Made by a program: the position numbers and the translations under genes
Shown here: positions 49,161 through 61,799 of the stretch, piece after piece
Position numbering within the stretch: position 1 is the stretch's first letter
Layout of the letters: every line of letters begins with the position of its first letter
Source: Torpedo marmorata
Lineage: Eukaryota
Assembly: GCA_977017645.1 (NCBI GenBank)
Contig: OZ360246.1
Span: 30,876,001-30,940,000, forward strand
DNA: 64,000 nt
Reading direction: 5' to 3'
The notes under the pieces: generated by a model
Told to the model about the DNA's origin: nothing
What the model saw: the letters and a program-made list of their open reading frames with translations, nothing else
Databases searched by the model: none

Positions 49161-49974
49161 AATTAAAAATTATTTTTATGTTAGAAAAAGGTCTTTGTAG
49201 AACCCCCCTTGCTAAACTTGATGACAAATTTTCATTTGAATTTCAAGTGCAAATTTTCTAACAGCAATTTTTTAACTCAAAATTAATTATACCGCAATTC
49301 ATTAATCAGCAGGCTTTTATTGCATAACATACATAGCATGAGGAAGAACTAGTGAACTATTTTTTGTTTGAGCTGGTGGTATAGAGGTGGTGGGTACAAA
49401 AGAGTCATAACACTTGGTAATGTTCCTTAGCTTTGTGGTGATAAATAAATGAAACATTTCTCACTGTGAAATGGCTTTTTTTTTAAATGACTGGGGAACA
49501 AAGTTGGCATTTGCATAACAGGAAAAGGAAAGGATATAATCGTTCTTGTGACTATTTCTTAAGAGAAAACTGCACACCATAAGAGCATATCTGGGATTTT
49601 GCCTGAAATGTTTTCATAAATACACCTTTAACTTCTTACAAAACCTAATTAATAACAGATTTTAAACTCTTGAACATTATATTGAATAAAATTTAAATTT
49701 TTTCAGAATTTTAAAACATATCCTGTGAATTTAACCATTACTCAGTATGAAAAATTTCCTCTGCTCTTGGAGTTGACAGAAGAATCAGTTAGACACAGGG
49801 CTCTAGACATGGTATTCTGACCTACATTTCCAACTAGCTTTGGACTACAAGAACAACCTTCATGAATTTGCTGCTGAAACACACCAGCCGAAATTACATT
49901 TTCAGCTGGGAGCATACAACCCCCAGTCATGAGATCATGTTTTTTAATATATAATTGAATTAATTTATTTTTTT

Positions 49975-50222
49975 AAAGTTTGGAGATACAGCACGGTAAC
50001 AGGCCCTTCTAGCCCATGAGCCTGTGCAGCCCAATTACACCCATGTGACCAATTAACCTACTGACCCGTACATCTTTGGAATGTGGGAGGAAACTGGAGC
50101 ACCCAGAGGAAACCGTGCAGCCACAGGGAGAATGTACAAACTCCTTACAAACAGCGACAGATTTGAACCCGGGTCACTGCCGCTGCAATAGCATTGCGCT
50201 AACCACTACGCTAATCATGCCA
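49975..50222 (-). mobile_element. tRNA-derived V-SINE
   Basis: Reverse complement carries GGGTTCAAATC B-box, V-domain and SINE tail. Confidence 0.85.
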
Positions 50223-50356
50223 TGTTACTGCCAGTCAAGAAATGCATTTCCACAGCAGATAACTTAAATGAAATTGCCGAATTCAATTTTGTGGATGACT
50301 TTACGACAATGAACATTGAAAGAATACTTCCTTATCTTTTTATCTCATTGACTTAC

Positions 50357-50473
50357 TGTGTCCAAGTAACGGATCGACATACATTGCAGTCCTCCAGTGA
50401 GGTGCTTCCGAACTATCACATTCGTCCTTACAGTAGTCAGCAATCCAAGAGGCTTTTGTTCTTTTGTACTGCT
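50357..50473 (-). CDS. VPS13D: VPS13D coding exon 4: (E)QYKRTKASWIADYCKDECDSSEAPHWRTAMYVDPLLGH
   Basis: tatag acceptor, A|GTAAGT donor; 117 nt, phase 1/1. Confidence 0.92.
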
Positions 50474-50838
50474 CTATAATATAACAAGCAGAAAATGACA
50501 AGATAGCAATTGGTTTGGGAGTTATGTTTTTGACAATTATATTGCAGCCAAACTCCACTGATCTGACCACACTTCATCCAGTGCGTCGTTTTAAACCATA
50601 ATGAGTGGATGCTGTTACTTCCCCTGGGCATGCACCGAAAGAGACTAATTCAAGTAATTGAGAGTGTCTTTCTGGCCAGGAAATTGGGTTCAAAATAAAA
50701 AAATAACTGCAAATACTTAAAATCTGACAGAAAAAGTAAATGCTGGAAATATTCAAGAGCAAAAGACCCTTTATTCAGAACTTTTGATCCTTCAACCCAG
50801 TCTCTATAGGGACTATGAGATAGCAAGGGTACCAACTA

Positions 50839-51910
50839 CAGTAAAACCCCTGGTATCTGGAATTCCAGCAACCAGCAGCCTCAAGCAACCGAAAAAAAAT
50901 CGAGGAAAATAAATTTTAAAAATTAAAATAAATAATAATAACATAATAGGTAAAAAATACTCAAGTTTAAAACTGTAAAAGTAAATGTTCTCTGAAGTAA
51001 CACATAAACCTTTCATGAAGATGGGAGAAAACATTCAGCTAGTGGAGTGCCTTGGTCGTGCTTTGCTCGTATCAGCTGTTTGAATAAAGTTGTGTGAAAC
51101 AGCAATGGTGTCGCCCAGGATGAAGAGCTGGTTGAGTCTCTTAAAGTGTCTCCTTATCCCTGCTTAGTAAGAGTCGCCCCAGTCAGAGGCTTTATCTGTA
51201 AACTTTGGGGGGGGGGGGGTTAATTTTCTATAATGTTATTGTTCTTCTTTTGGGCGGCTCTATGGAAGGGAGGAACCTGCAGATGCAGCGATGGTTAAAT
51301 GTTTTCAAAGAATGTGACTGAAAAGAAAGTAAAATGCTTTAAAGCATTGGTTTTCAAACTGCCCCCCTAAACTCACATTCCACCTTAAGCAATCCCTATG
51401 CCATAGGTGATTAGTAAGGGATTGCTTAAGGTGGTATGTGAGTGGAAAGAAAAAGGTTTGAAAACCACTGTTTTAATCGTACCTAATTGATTCGTTATGC
51501 GCACGGTTTCATAACTCCAAAGGAAATGGGCCAATGACAATTTTTCTCAAGCAAAATATTTCAGTAACAATTGGGTCTAGAGCAGTGGTTCTCAACCTTC
51601 CCTTCCCACTCACATACCACTTTAAGCAGTCCCTTACTAATCACAGAGCACTTATTTCATAGGGATTGCTTAAGGTGAAATGTGAGTTTGGGGGGGCAGT
51701 TTGAAAACCACTGCTTTTAAAGTTTATATATTCATGCAAGTGAAGTTTGTTCAGTGTAAGTGCAGGATAATAGTTTTGTCTTTTAAACTGTTTATTCTTA
51801 ATGCAAGTTTATTAGTTAGGCATTGTAAGAGTAAGTCTCAAGCAACCGGAAAATACACTTATCCAGCATCTACCAATCCCCATAGGTGACGTATACCAGG
51901 TGTTTTACTG
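50839..51910. mobile_element. Non-autonomous Tigger/pogo-like DNA transposon
   Basis: TA TSD at 50837-50838 and 51911-51912; TIRs CAGTAAAACCCCTGGTAT / ATACCAGGTGTTTTACTG. Confidence 0.85.
51345..51713. mobile_element. hAT (Charlie-type) MITE nested in the Tigger-like element
   Basis: Termini CA(T)TGGTTTTCAAACTGCCCCCC / GGGGGGCAGTTTGAAAACCACTG; near-8-bp TSD CTTTAAAG / CTTTTAAAG. Confidence 0.82.
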
Positions 51911-52058
51911 TATTATGAAGTTAATGTAAATGTATAGAAGCAGATTTTATATTTTGAGTAAAAGAATTAAATTCGAACACAGGTATTTTTATCCAGCCTC
52001 TCTCCAGTAAAAGCTGTACTAAGATCTGCCTAGCCTGTTACTATTGAAGTATCCTTAC

Positions 52059-52199
52059 CCATCAAGACAGATGTTATATTGATGTCGAGCCTTTGTTTAG
52101 CCTGGAGATCCAACTTAAGACGAGGTGGGTGAAGACGGCTAGCTGCTTGCTGCTGCCAACTCAGGAAAGTTGTCCAAGGCTCAGCAAAAGGCTCCCAGC
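52059..52199 (-). CDS. VPS13D: VPS13D coding exon 3: (G)WEPFAEPWTTFLSWQQQAASRLHPPRLKLDLQAKQRLDINITSVLM
   Basis: accag acceptor, G|GTAAGG donor; 141 nt, phase 1/1; WEPxxEP VPS13 motif. Confidence 0.96.
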
Positions 52200-53454
52200 C
52201 TGGTGAAAAATATTAGAAAACTTTAAAACATTTAATTATAAATAGCACACTGAATACAGCTAAACAGTTGATCGATTGACATTTGTGAAGGATTTGATAC
52301 TGACCAGGTTAAAGTTTGCACTCCCCCACTTTCTTGCTTGTTACCTTGTCATAAAAATTAGTAGTTAAATTAGTTTTTTGTGGGATCCTGAATATTTAAA
52401 TTGAGAGGAGTTGGTCCATTTACAAAGAAAGAAATCAATTCTGGCATCTTTTATTGCTACATCATGAAGTGCTATTCATGAAGTGGTCGCAGTAACTTCA
52501 TTATACAGATCCTGTGTGAATGCTGCTTTCAGGTCAAGGGATACTTGAAGAGTTTTAATGGAGTTCATTTTCATATCCAAAAACACGTCCCATATGCTAA
52601 ATGACCACTGATTACTTTTTCCGTCACTACTGATATGTTGAGGAACTCAAGTCATTGATTGCGAGTAAATTCCCATAACAGTATTTGAAATTCAAGCTTT
52701 GTTTTTTTGAAAATTAGATAAGGGAGACTAACCTTAGGTGTCATTCATGTTGCCCATACACTTATTAAGAATTGGACTGCATACTTAGAAATTAGAGAAT
52801 TTAGAAAAGAGAAAAATAAACAATTTCTTAAAATTTTGAGGAAAGCAATTTTTCATTGCTGAAACTTGTAGCACCTGTAACTTTGGCCCTTGTAACATTC
52901 TCCCTCATTTCTTAAAAGGCCACAGTTTACTTCTGTTATCAAAACTCAACTTCGTAAACAATTCTGTTTTGTTCATGGGCTGTGAACACTCATTGACCTG
53001 TCAATAATTACCCTTTGGATTGTGGGCTGCTAATCTATTTCAGAGGGCAATTAAGTTTCGATGGATGACAATTTGCATCAGCAAATGAGATTTTTTTCTT
53101 TTATCCTGTATATTCATGGTTCCCATTATTTAATTACTTGAATCAAATTCATGTCTCTGGGTTAAATGTTTAAGTGTCTAAATTCTAGTCTTGTAGCTTA
53201 ACCATGAGAGTGCTGGACCCCAACTGCCAATGGTTGATTTACATTTGGAAACCGAGGTCTGGAGCACTGGTACATTATTTGACTATGGAAAAGCAGCCGA
53301 GGCAGCTTGCTTTCAATAGTTACGTGTTCTCTATAAAAACAGAAGTTGGTGCATGATGATCAGAGCTTGCCAACTTTGTGCATGCTGGGAATCAGAGCAA
53401 AGACTTAATTTTCCATATTTCAATTCCACATCTTTGTCTGGACAAACAGAAATG

Positions 53455-53688
53455 TTTTAAATTTAGATTTAAATTTAGACACAGCACGGTAACAGGCCAT
53501 TTCGCCCCACGAGCCAGTGCTGCCCAATTTACCCATTTCGAACGGGGGAGGAAACCGGAGCCTCCGGGGAAAGCACACACAGACACGGGGAGAACGTACA
53601 AACTCCTTACAGACAGCGCGGGATACGAACCTCGGTCCCGATCGCTGGCGCTGTAAAGGTGTTGCACTAACCGCTATGCCAACCGTGC
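53455..53688 (-). mobile_element. tRNA-derived V-SINE (young, same subfamily as 7748)
   Basis: Reverse complement begins GCACGGTTGGCATAGCGGTTAG; (TTTAAA)n tail. Confidence 0.88.
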
Positions 53689-55482
53689 ATGCAGTCAAAT
53701 ATTCCTGAGTTTTAGCTCCACTAATCTGTTCCTGAACTCTAGGCTTAAATGCAGCATCAGGACATTAAAGTATGCTATTCTGGATGCAGATACAAGAATA
53801 TATGGCTTTTGCAATAACTTTGCGAGAAACTCAAATACTATATGTTAGAGACCTGATTGGCAAAAGAAAGATACAAAGAAAACCAAACCTTTTGAGCTTA
53901 TCATAAATAGAAAATTCAAAATTAGAAGTAGCACCACATATTGTTGGATTTCTGAAACAAATCTGGAATTAAAATGTCCTAAATTCCAAATTCCTCAGCA
54001 ATATGATCTAGAAATAATACATTGAGTACAGAAAACCTTTCATTTCGAAAAATAAATCAAGCAACACGGCTACTCTGTTCTTTGTGCAGAGATTTGGCTG
54101 CTGCTGAAAGATCTTGTTGTCTGTGTATAGACATAAAGTCTTTGGTGTTGGAAAATCCTATCCAGCAGTCTGCTAGCTAATATGCCACATCAGCCAGAAA
54201 ATCAAAAGGGCACACATAAAACCCATCATGTCCCACGTTCCAATGTATTGTAATTTAAATAATCAGATGAGTGGGAGCTAGGCTCCATGGAAATTCTCTT
54301 TTTAAAAAAAAGCCCTCAAGACCAAAGGATTTTTATATTTACAGCAGCATTGTTCTCTCATAAATTTCAAAATCATGACTTTACAAAAATCATATTAAAA
54401 TTTTACCTGATTTTGTAAGTTTACAGCATTGGCAAAACAACTTCCCATGGCTACATCCCAAGGGAATCAATTGTAAGGAAAATACATATACCAATGATAC
54501 AACACTCAAAAACTCTAACTGTTTAATGTTAAAACTTTACTCAGGAAATCATGCCCATAACTAACCCACAATACAATAATGCAATAATGAAAATCAAGCT
54601 TCTCAATCCTGAACAAAACCATTGAAAATTAAAATTGAAGAAATAGCCAAAAATGTACAGCATGTCAGTCTGCGTCTGAAATAGAGAAAGTAGTCTAATT
54701 GCTTTGAATCTAACGTTTTTAAGAGCACTTGAATTCCTGTAAAAGATTATCCAAAACTTAATTGGTTCAGCTATCAGCAGGCAGGCTCTGAACTTCCAGC
54801 AATTTGCTTCAGATGTTCACCATTTGCAATTTTGTTACATCATGAGTGTAGTGTTAAGCATAGGCGGTGATGTGGCACATAACCCCTCATAACTTTATTA
54901 GCCCCATCTAGTGGTTATGAGAACCAAATCTTTTTTGGTTCTCATATATTGCTCTGTTATTCAAACATTTCAAGGTAATACATGCTCTGGCATAACATAT
55001 TGCCAAAGGTTTTTGCCTTGTGGACCATTTGCTTCATGGCAATGGGGAAAAGTGTGTTTCTGTTATGTAAGATCCACTTCTAAATTAGGCTTTTCCCTTT
55101 GATGGCTTTGAAGATTATTATTATTATGGTACATTCCATGTGCAGATAAAACAACATCCAGCATTAATAACACTCAATGTTATCCTTGTCCTTCTATCCA
55201 GTTCTTTGCCAACATGCCTCACCTTCACCCAGTACTTTTTCTAGTCTCCAGAATTGTTATTCCATTAAGTTCTTGGCTTTTAACCTCTCCCCTCCACTCA
55301 CTGCAAACTGCCAGTGCAATACTGGCCATCACAATTTTTCTATATTGGGACCATACAGGTTGGTGGTCCGTACACAATTTTACACTGGACATACTTGGAA
55401 CCTGATCTAACAGCATGCATACTCTCCTCAAATGACTATTTTCAGCACAATTATTTTCTACTATAAATAAGTAAGACCTTAC

Positions 55483-55572
55483 CAGACAACTCACGGTTGT
55501 AATAATCTCCAGAAAGAGTAAAATTAGCTGAACCTTCTGGATTTGATCCCACTCTTTGAATGAAGTAAAGTC
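55483..55572 (-). CDS. VPS13D: VPS13D coding exon 2: (R)LYFIQRVGSNPEGSANFTLSGDYYNRELS
   Basis: tttag acceptor, G|GTAAGG donor; 90 nt, phase 1/1; YYN motif preceding WEP. Confidence 0.94.
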
Positions 55573-56304
55573 CTAAATAAAGAAAATCAACCAAACTTTA
55601 GTCTCTAAATATGAAAGGATCCTGATTCAATAAGCAATTAGACGGTGCTTAATAGGTATAACCCTTTCCGTAAGCCATATCAACTCCTGGCAATCTATCA
55701 AAGCCTTGAGTTACTCCAGAACTGTGTGCCCCAAAGCTACCTGCTCCCAATCCCAGAAATTGTGTTTGTCTAATGTCCTCACCACGCGTATTCCACTTCA
55801 GTAATTTCAAAATCACTTTGCTGCTCACTGTATTTTTGTGTGCTGCATTAAAACTGGTAGATGTTTGAGTCTCATTGTATCTTAACCTAAGGCGAGGCTA
55901 TGATTTAGTGAACTTGTGATCCAATTAATTGTATTCCCATGACAAAGGGTTATATTCAATGCTGCTGTCCAGCAGTTAACTTTTTTGAGACTTCATCATT
56001 TAATTTAAGTTCATTTTATTTAAGTTTTTCCTCCATTTGCACATCAGCAATCTATCCATAATGTAAATTTTTACACATTAAAACCCAGCTTGAACGGGGT
56101 GGTGTCCACCTCATTAACCTTATTATCACCTCCTTTCCCTTTCTAATGACAATTTCTGCTGGGTATAGTTTCGAGCTATATTTTTGATAGTTATTCTTCA
56201 AGGGTATGCTCAGAGACCAAATATTGACATACCGTTCTAACATTTTGACATCAGAAATCAATTCGATTCTACTCGGTTTGACATCCACAAATGCATACTT
56301 TAAA

Positions 56305-58670
56305 GACCAGAAGACTGGAGGGTGCCTAATGTTTAAAAAAGGGCAGCAAGGAAACCATGGGCCAGCGAGTTTGACGCGAGTGGTCGAAAATTGCTGGAAG
56401 GGATTCTGAGAGGATCTAACCAGTAATTACAGAGCCCGTGGAATTACAAGAAAGATACTAGCATGGGTAGAGTTTTGGCTGATCGGCAGGAAACAGAGAG
56501 TAGGAATAAAGGGATCCTATTCTGGTTGCCTACCGGTTACCAGTGGTGTTCCGCAGGGGTCGGTGTTGGGGCCGCTTCTTTTTACCAAAGGCTGCAGAGA
56601 GATTTGGATAGATTAGGAGAATGGGCAAAGAGGTGGCAGATGAAATATAATGTACAGCCATGCACTTTGATAGAAGAAATAGACAGGCAGACTATTATTT
56701 AGATGGGTAGAAATTTCAAAATTCCGAGGTGTAAAGGGACTTGGGAGCCCTCGTGCAGGATTCCCTAAAGGTTAACCTCCAGGTTGAGTCGGTGGTAAAG
56801 AAGGTGAATGCATTGTTGGCATCTATTTCTAGAGGAATAGGATACAAGAGCAGGGATGTAATGTTGAGACTCTATAAAGCATTGGTGAGACCTCACTTGG
56901 AGTACTGTGTACTGTTTTGGTTATCTTATTTGAGAAAAAACGTACACAGTGCTGGCGTTGGAGAGTGATACCAGGAATGAACAGGCTGGTATATGAGGAA
57001 CGATTGTCAGCTCTTGGACTGTACTCGTTGGAGTACAGAAGGATGAGGGGGGATCTCATAAAAGCATTTCGAATGCTGTAAGGCCTGGACAGAGTAGATG
57101 TGGCAAGGGTGTTTCCCATGGTAGGGGATTCTAGGACAAGAGGGCATAACTTCAGGATAAAAGGGCATCAATTTAAAACCTAGATGTGGAAAACTTTCTT
57201 TAGTCAGAGGGTGGTGAGTCTGTGGAACTTGTTGCCACAGGTGGCTGTGGAAGCGAGGTCGCTGGGTGTATTTAATGCAGAGATTGACAGGTATTTGATT
57301 AGTCAGGGCATCAAGGGTTACGGGGAGAAAGCTGGGGAGTGGGGCTGAGTGGGAGGATGGATCAGCTTGGAATGGCGGAGTAGACACAATGGGCCTACTT
57401 CTGCTCCTATATCTTGTGACAAGGGATGATTGAAGGTAGTCAGCGTGGATTTGTGCATGGCAGATCATGTCTCACATATTTGAATAGAGCTTCATGAAGA
57501 GGTGACAAAGAGGATTGATGAGGACAGGGCAGTGGATGTTGTATATATAGACTTTAACAAGGCTTTTGACAAGGTCCCGCATGGCAGGTTAGTCTGGAAG
57601 GTTAGATCTCTAGGAATCCAATGGGAGCTGTTGCACTGGAGTCAAAATTGACTTGGTGGAAGGAGTAAGAGGGTAGTTCTTTAGGAATGTTTTGCTGATT
57701 AGAGGCCTGTGGTCAGTGGTGTGCCGCAGGCGTTGGTACTGGGCTCACTGTTTGTTATCTATATTAACAATTTGGATGGTACTACAGTTAACGTGAAAAG
57801 TAAGTTTGCAGATGACACCATCATTGGTGGCGTTGTGAGAGTGAGGAATGATTTCTAAGTATCAGTTGGGAAGGTGAAGCCAAGGTGTGGCAAATGGAAT
57901 TCAAGTCTTATAAGTTGAGGTGTTGCACTTTTGTAAGTCAAACCAGGATGGACTGACACGGTGAATGGCAGACCCTGGAGAGTGTTGTACAACAGAGACA
58001 TCTGGGGTACGTGCATAATTCCCTGAAAGTGGCAACTCGGGTGGACAAGTTGGTGAAGGCTGCATTTGGCACGCTTGCTTTCATTGGGCAGAGTATTGAG
58101 TACAAAAGTTGGGAGCTCATGATTCAGTTGCGCAAGGAGTTGGTGACACTACACTGTGTGCAGTTCTGGTCACCCAGGTGTAGAAAGGACATCAATAAAT
58201 CGGATGGGGTGCAGAAAAGATTCACCAGGATGTTGCCAGGACTAGAGGACTTAAATTATGGGGAGAGGTTAAATAGATTAGGTCTTATTTCCTTCTTCTC
58301 CGGAGCATTGGAGGCTGAGGGGTAATCTTAAAGTTTATAAAATCAGAAGGGGCATGAATAAAGTAAATGCTCACAGTCTTTCTCCGAGAGATGATTCTAG
58401 AACTAGAGGGCACAAGTTTAAGATGAAAGGCGAGAGATTTAAGAAGGATTCAAGGGGCAACATTTTCTCTCAGAGGGTGGCCCGTATCTGGAACAAGCTG
58501 CCAGAGGAAATTGAGGAAGCGGGCACAATTCTGACATTAAAAAAGACATTAAGACAGATGGATAGGAAGGGGTGAGAAGGATATGAACCAAATGCAAGCA
58601 AATGGGACTAGCCCAGAATGCAAACTTGGTTGTCATGGACCAAAGGGGCTGTTCCATGCTGTATTATTCG
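56305..58670 (+). mobile_element. Decayed CR1 LINE (RT region to 3' end) interrupted by a second CR1
   Basis: EDWR..FKKG..PASLT (56305-56424) resumes at 57420 with QRGF, DFNKAFDKVPH, SGVPQ, KFADDT, CVQFWSP, FSQRV. Confidence 0.85.
56425..57419 (+). mobile_element. Nested, internally deleted CR1 3' fragment
   Basis: SGVPQGSVLGP, LQRDLDRLGEWA.RWQM, LYKALVRPHLEYCV; own 3'UTR ending CTCCTATATCTTGTGA. Confidence 0.82.
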
Positions 58671-58809
58671 ATCGCAAAGGATCCCTTCCACAACATGATT
58701 TAACTGTTGTTCTTCTCTGCCAAGACTTGTTAAACCTAGTTATGTATTCTTTGGACATTGAGATCAGCTAAGCAAGTGTAGATGGGGAACCAGATCTCAA
58801 TATTTTCAA

Positions 58810-59860
58810 AACAAAAAATAGAAAATGCTAGAAGAACCCAGCAGGTCAGGAAGCAATTATGGGGAGAAAAACAGTCAAAATTTCAGATCGATGACCCTTC
58901 ATCAGAACTGAAAAAATTCAGAAGACAAATGTGTGATAAGTTGGAGAAAGGAGGCAGGATGGAGAGAACAAATGGAATATCTGTGATCAGGTGCAGAACA
59001 AAGTTGTCAAGGTAACCGATTAGTCCAAATTCTGGCACTGAGAGACAGATGACAAAAATAAACAAAAGAACAGATCGACACTGAAATACCCAGCAACTAC
59101 TGTGGACAGAAAAAAAATCTTGGTGACCTGAAGTTGCTGAATTTAGTATGGAGTCCAGACAGCTGTAACAGGACAAGTTGAAAGATGAGATACTGTTCCT
59201 CAGGTTTATTGAATAGCCAGCATTGTTGGAAAATGCAGGAGGTCCAAAAGAAAGGAAGTGGGATGAAGAATTAAAGTGACAGGTAATTGGAAGCGGGCTG
59301 AACAGAGGAACTCTGCGAACCAGTCACTCAATTTGCAGCATAGTAAATTGACAGCGCGAGTGAATTGCTGCCTCAGCTGGACGGACTGTTTGAGTCTCTG
59401 GATAATAGGAAAGAAATAGATAAAAGAGCATTTGATGCAGCTCCCTCAGTTGCACAGGGAAATGCCATTAAAAAGGGTGTGATTAGTGGAGAAGGAAGAG
59501 CAAACCAGGAAGTTGTGGAGGGTACAGTATTTTTGGAATGCTGAAAGGGAGGGAAAGATGAATTCATTGGTGGAATCCCTCCAATGGTGATGACATCTGT
59601 GAAGGATGATCCACTGAACACAGACTGTTGGAGAGAAAGGTATGGAAGAGGATTTGGCTGGGAGGGAGTGAGAGCATAAGTACAGGAAATAAGGAGGTAG
59701 GGTTCACAACCCTGTCAACCAAGGTGGAGGGGAAGCCATGGTTAAAGAAAAAGTAAGGTATTTCAAAGGGGCTGGTGTGGAAAGTCTCATCAACAGAACA
59801 GTTGTGAGATGGAGACACTGGAAGAAAGGAATGATTCCTTACAGGAAGCAGTAGGGGAGA
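58810..59860 (-). mobile_element. Decayed Penelope-like element 3' part
   Basis: pLTR with CTGATGAAGGGTCATCGATCTGAAA on minus strand; degenerate GIY-YIG-region sequence resembling 24009-24500; approximate. Confidence 0.7.
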
Positions 59861-59921
59861 TGTTTTTACTCAGCTGAGTTAATACTGAATCTGACCACGA
59901 CCTTTCCAAATTGGCAATTAA

Positions 59922-60356
59922 CCCTTTGGACTCCATGTCCCTGTTTTCAGGGATTACCAACAAGTGCATATACTCCGTGTCCCGGTTTTCAGAGACTACC
60001 AACAAGCGCATATACTCCGTGTCCTGGTTTTCAGGGACTAACAACAAGCGCATATACTCCGTGTCCTGGTTTTCAGGGACTAACAACAAGCGCATATACT
60101 CCGTGTCCCCGTTTTCAGAGACTATCAACAAGCGCATATACTCCGTGTCCCCGTTTTCAGAGACAATCAACAAGCGCATATACTCCGTGTCCCGGTTTTC
60201 AGGGACTAACAACAAGCGCATATACTCCGTGTCCCCTTTTTCTGGGACTGGTTTTATACCCAACCACCAGCTGGTTCATACTGGTGTTCGTACTGTAGTT
60301 TACCCATGGACCCAGTCCGGATTATGAAAGGTTAAAAATTGCCGGAGTCCAAAGGG
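59922..60356. mobile_element. piggyBac-type MITE
   Basis: TTAA TSD at 59918-59921 and 60357-60360; perfect 13-bp TIR CCCTTTGGACTCC / GGAGTCCAAAGGG. Confidence 0.88.
59930..60250. repeat. 42-bp tandem repeat, 7 full copies plus a partial one
   Basis: Unit ACTCCGTGTCCYGGTTTTCAGRGACTAHCAACAAGCGCATAT; 14-aa periodic ORFs on both strands. Confidence 0.95.
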
Positions 60357-60404
60357 TTAAGGAAGCTGAAAATCATCTTCAACAGGGTTGTTCAGGCAAC
60401 CTAC

Positions 60405-60608
60405 TTGAAAAGGTAAGTTCAGCAAGTGGTACATCACAATCCATGCAGTCGTCGATCAAGCAGATACAGATGCTCTCAGCTTTCACCTCGACGCCAGAGA
60501 TGGATAATGCTGCACCGGCTCCATGCCCATTGCTGCTGATTGCTGCTGCACCTGCTGATACTGGCTCGGCGTTCTTAAACAGCCACATGGCAGCCTGATT
60601 TAATTGAC
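60405..60608 (-). CDS. VPS13D: VPS13D coding exon 1b: (G)QLNQAAMWLFKNAEP...VKAESICICLIDDCMDCDVPLAELTFS (end of UBA domain)
   Basis: tacag acceptor, A|GTAGGT donor; 204 nt, phase 1/1; IDDC.DCDVPL motif. Confidence 0.95.
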
Positions 60609-60819
60609 CTGTACCATTGGAAACAAAAAATGATTACTATTATTGGGTCCAAAAGAATGTCTATTAGCTCTACTTCTATGACATTTTATGGTTTGTTTTT
60701 AACAAAGCACTGCAACTGTATGTTATTATTTTAAATAGCTCCAAGAGCACTGAATAATGAGCAGGACGAAACATGAACATTGATTAGCTTCTACTATCTC
60801 ATTGATCAAGTGATAAACA

Positions 60820-61628
60820 GGTTGTCAGCAGAATCACAGACAGCAATGAGGAAGCATACATGAGGGAGATAGATCAGCTAGTTGAGTGGTGTCTCAACAA
60901 CAACCTTGCACTCAACGTTAGTAAAACCAATGAGATGGTTGTGGACTTCAGGAGGAAATCAGGAGAACATGAACCGGTCCTCATCGAGGGGTCAGCAGTG
61001 GAGAGGGTCAAGATCTTCAAATTCCCGAGTGTCAACATCTTCGAGGATCTGTTCTGGAGCCTCCATGTTGATGCAATCACGAAGAAGGCTCGCCAATGGC
61101 TATACTTTGTAAGGAGTTTAAGGAGATTTGGTATGTCATCAAAGACTCTCGGAAACTTCTACAGGTGTTCCGTGGAGAGCATTCTGGCTGGTTGCATCAC
61201 TGTCTGGTGTGGAAGTGCCAACGTCAGGACAAAAAAAAAACTCCAGAGGGTTGTTAACTCAGCCTGCGACATCACGGGCACCTGTCTTCACTCCACCGAG
61301 GACATCTACAAGAGACGGTGTCTTAAGAAAGCAGCCTCTATCCTCATGGACCCCCACCACCCAGGCCATGCCCTCATCACTCTGCTACCATCGGGGAAAA
61401 AAGGTACAGGAGCCTGAAGACGAGCACTCAGAGGCACAAGGACAGCTTCTTCCCCTCTGCCATCACATTCCTGAATGAACAATGAACCATAGACACTGCC
61501 TTACTTTTGTCTTTTTCTTGCACTATTTTTACTTATTTGGTAAGGTGGTTTATATAAATGTTTGCACTGTGATGCTGCCTCAAAACAACAAATTTTGTGA
61601 CATGTTCATGACAATAAATTCTGATTCT
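60820..61628 (+). mobile_element. Rex1/Babar LINE 3' fragment
   Basis: ORF 60860-61417 WC.NNNLALNVSKT.EMVVDFRR...; tail AATAAATTCTGATTCT. Confidence 0.9.
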
Positions 61629-61799
61629 CTAGTTTAAAGAACTGAAGTCAGGCATCATCATCTTTATAGGAAACAGGATGAAAAGCCATCTTAACTTCCA
61701 AATTCTCAACAGACTGAATGATTCAGAAGCCAAATAATCTCATCACAAGCTTACATACTTGGCAAATATTCAATACGAGTAAGAGTGTTTAAAATCATA

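Noticed and set aside
59930-60250. CRISPR-like array or repeat-protein gene (ORFs 59790-60263 and 59911-60327)
   Set aside because: Units are contiguous with no unique spacers, no cas genes, eukaryotic intron; the frames stay open because the stop-free 42-bp unit is a multiple of 3
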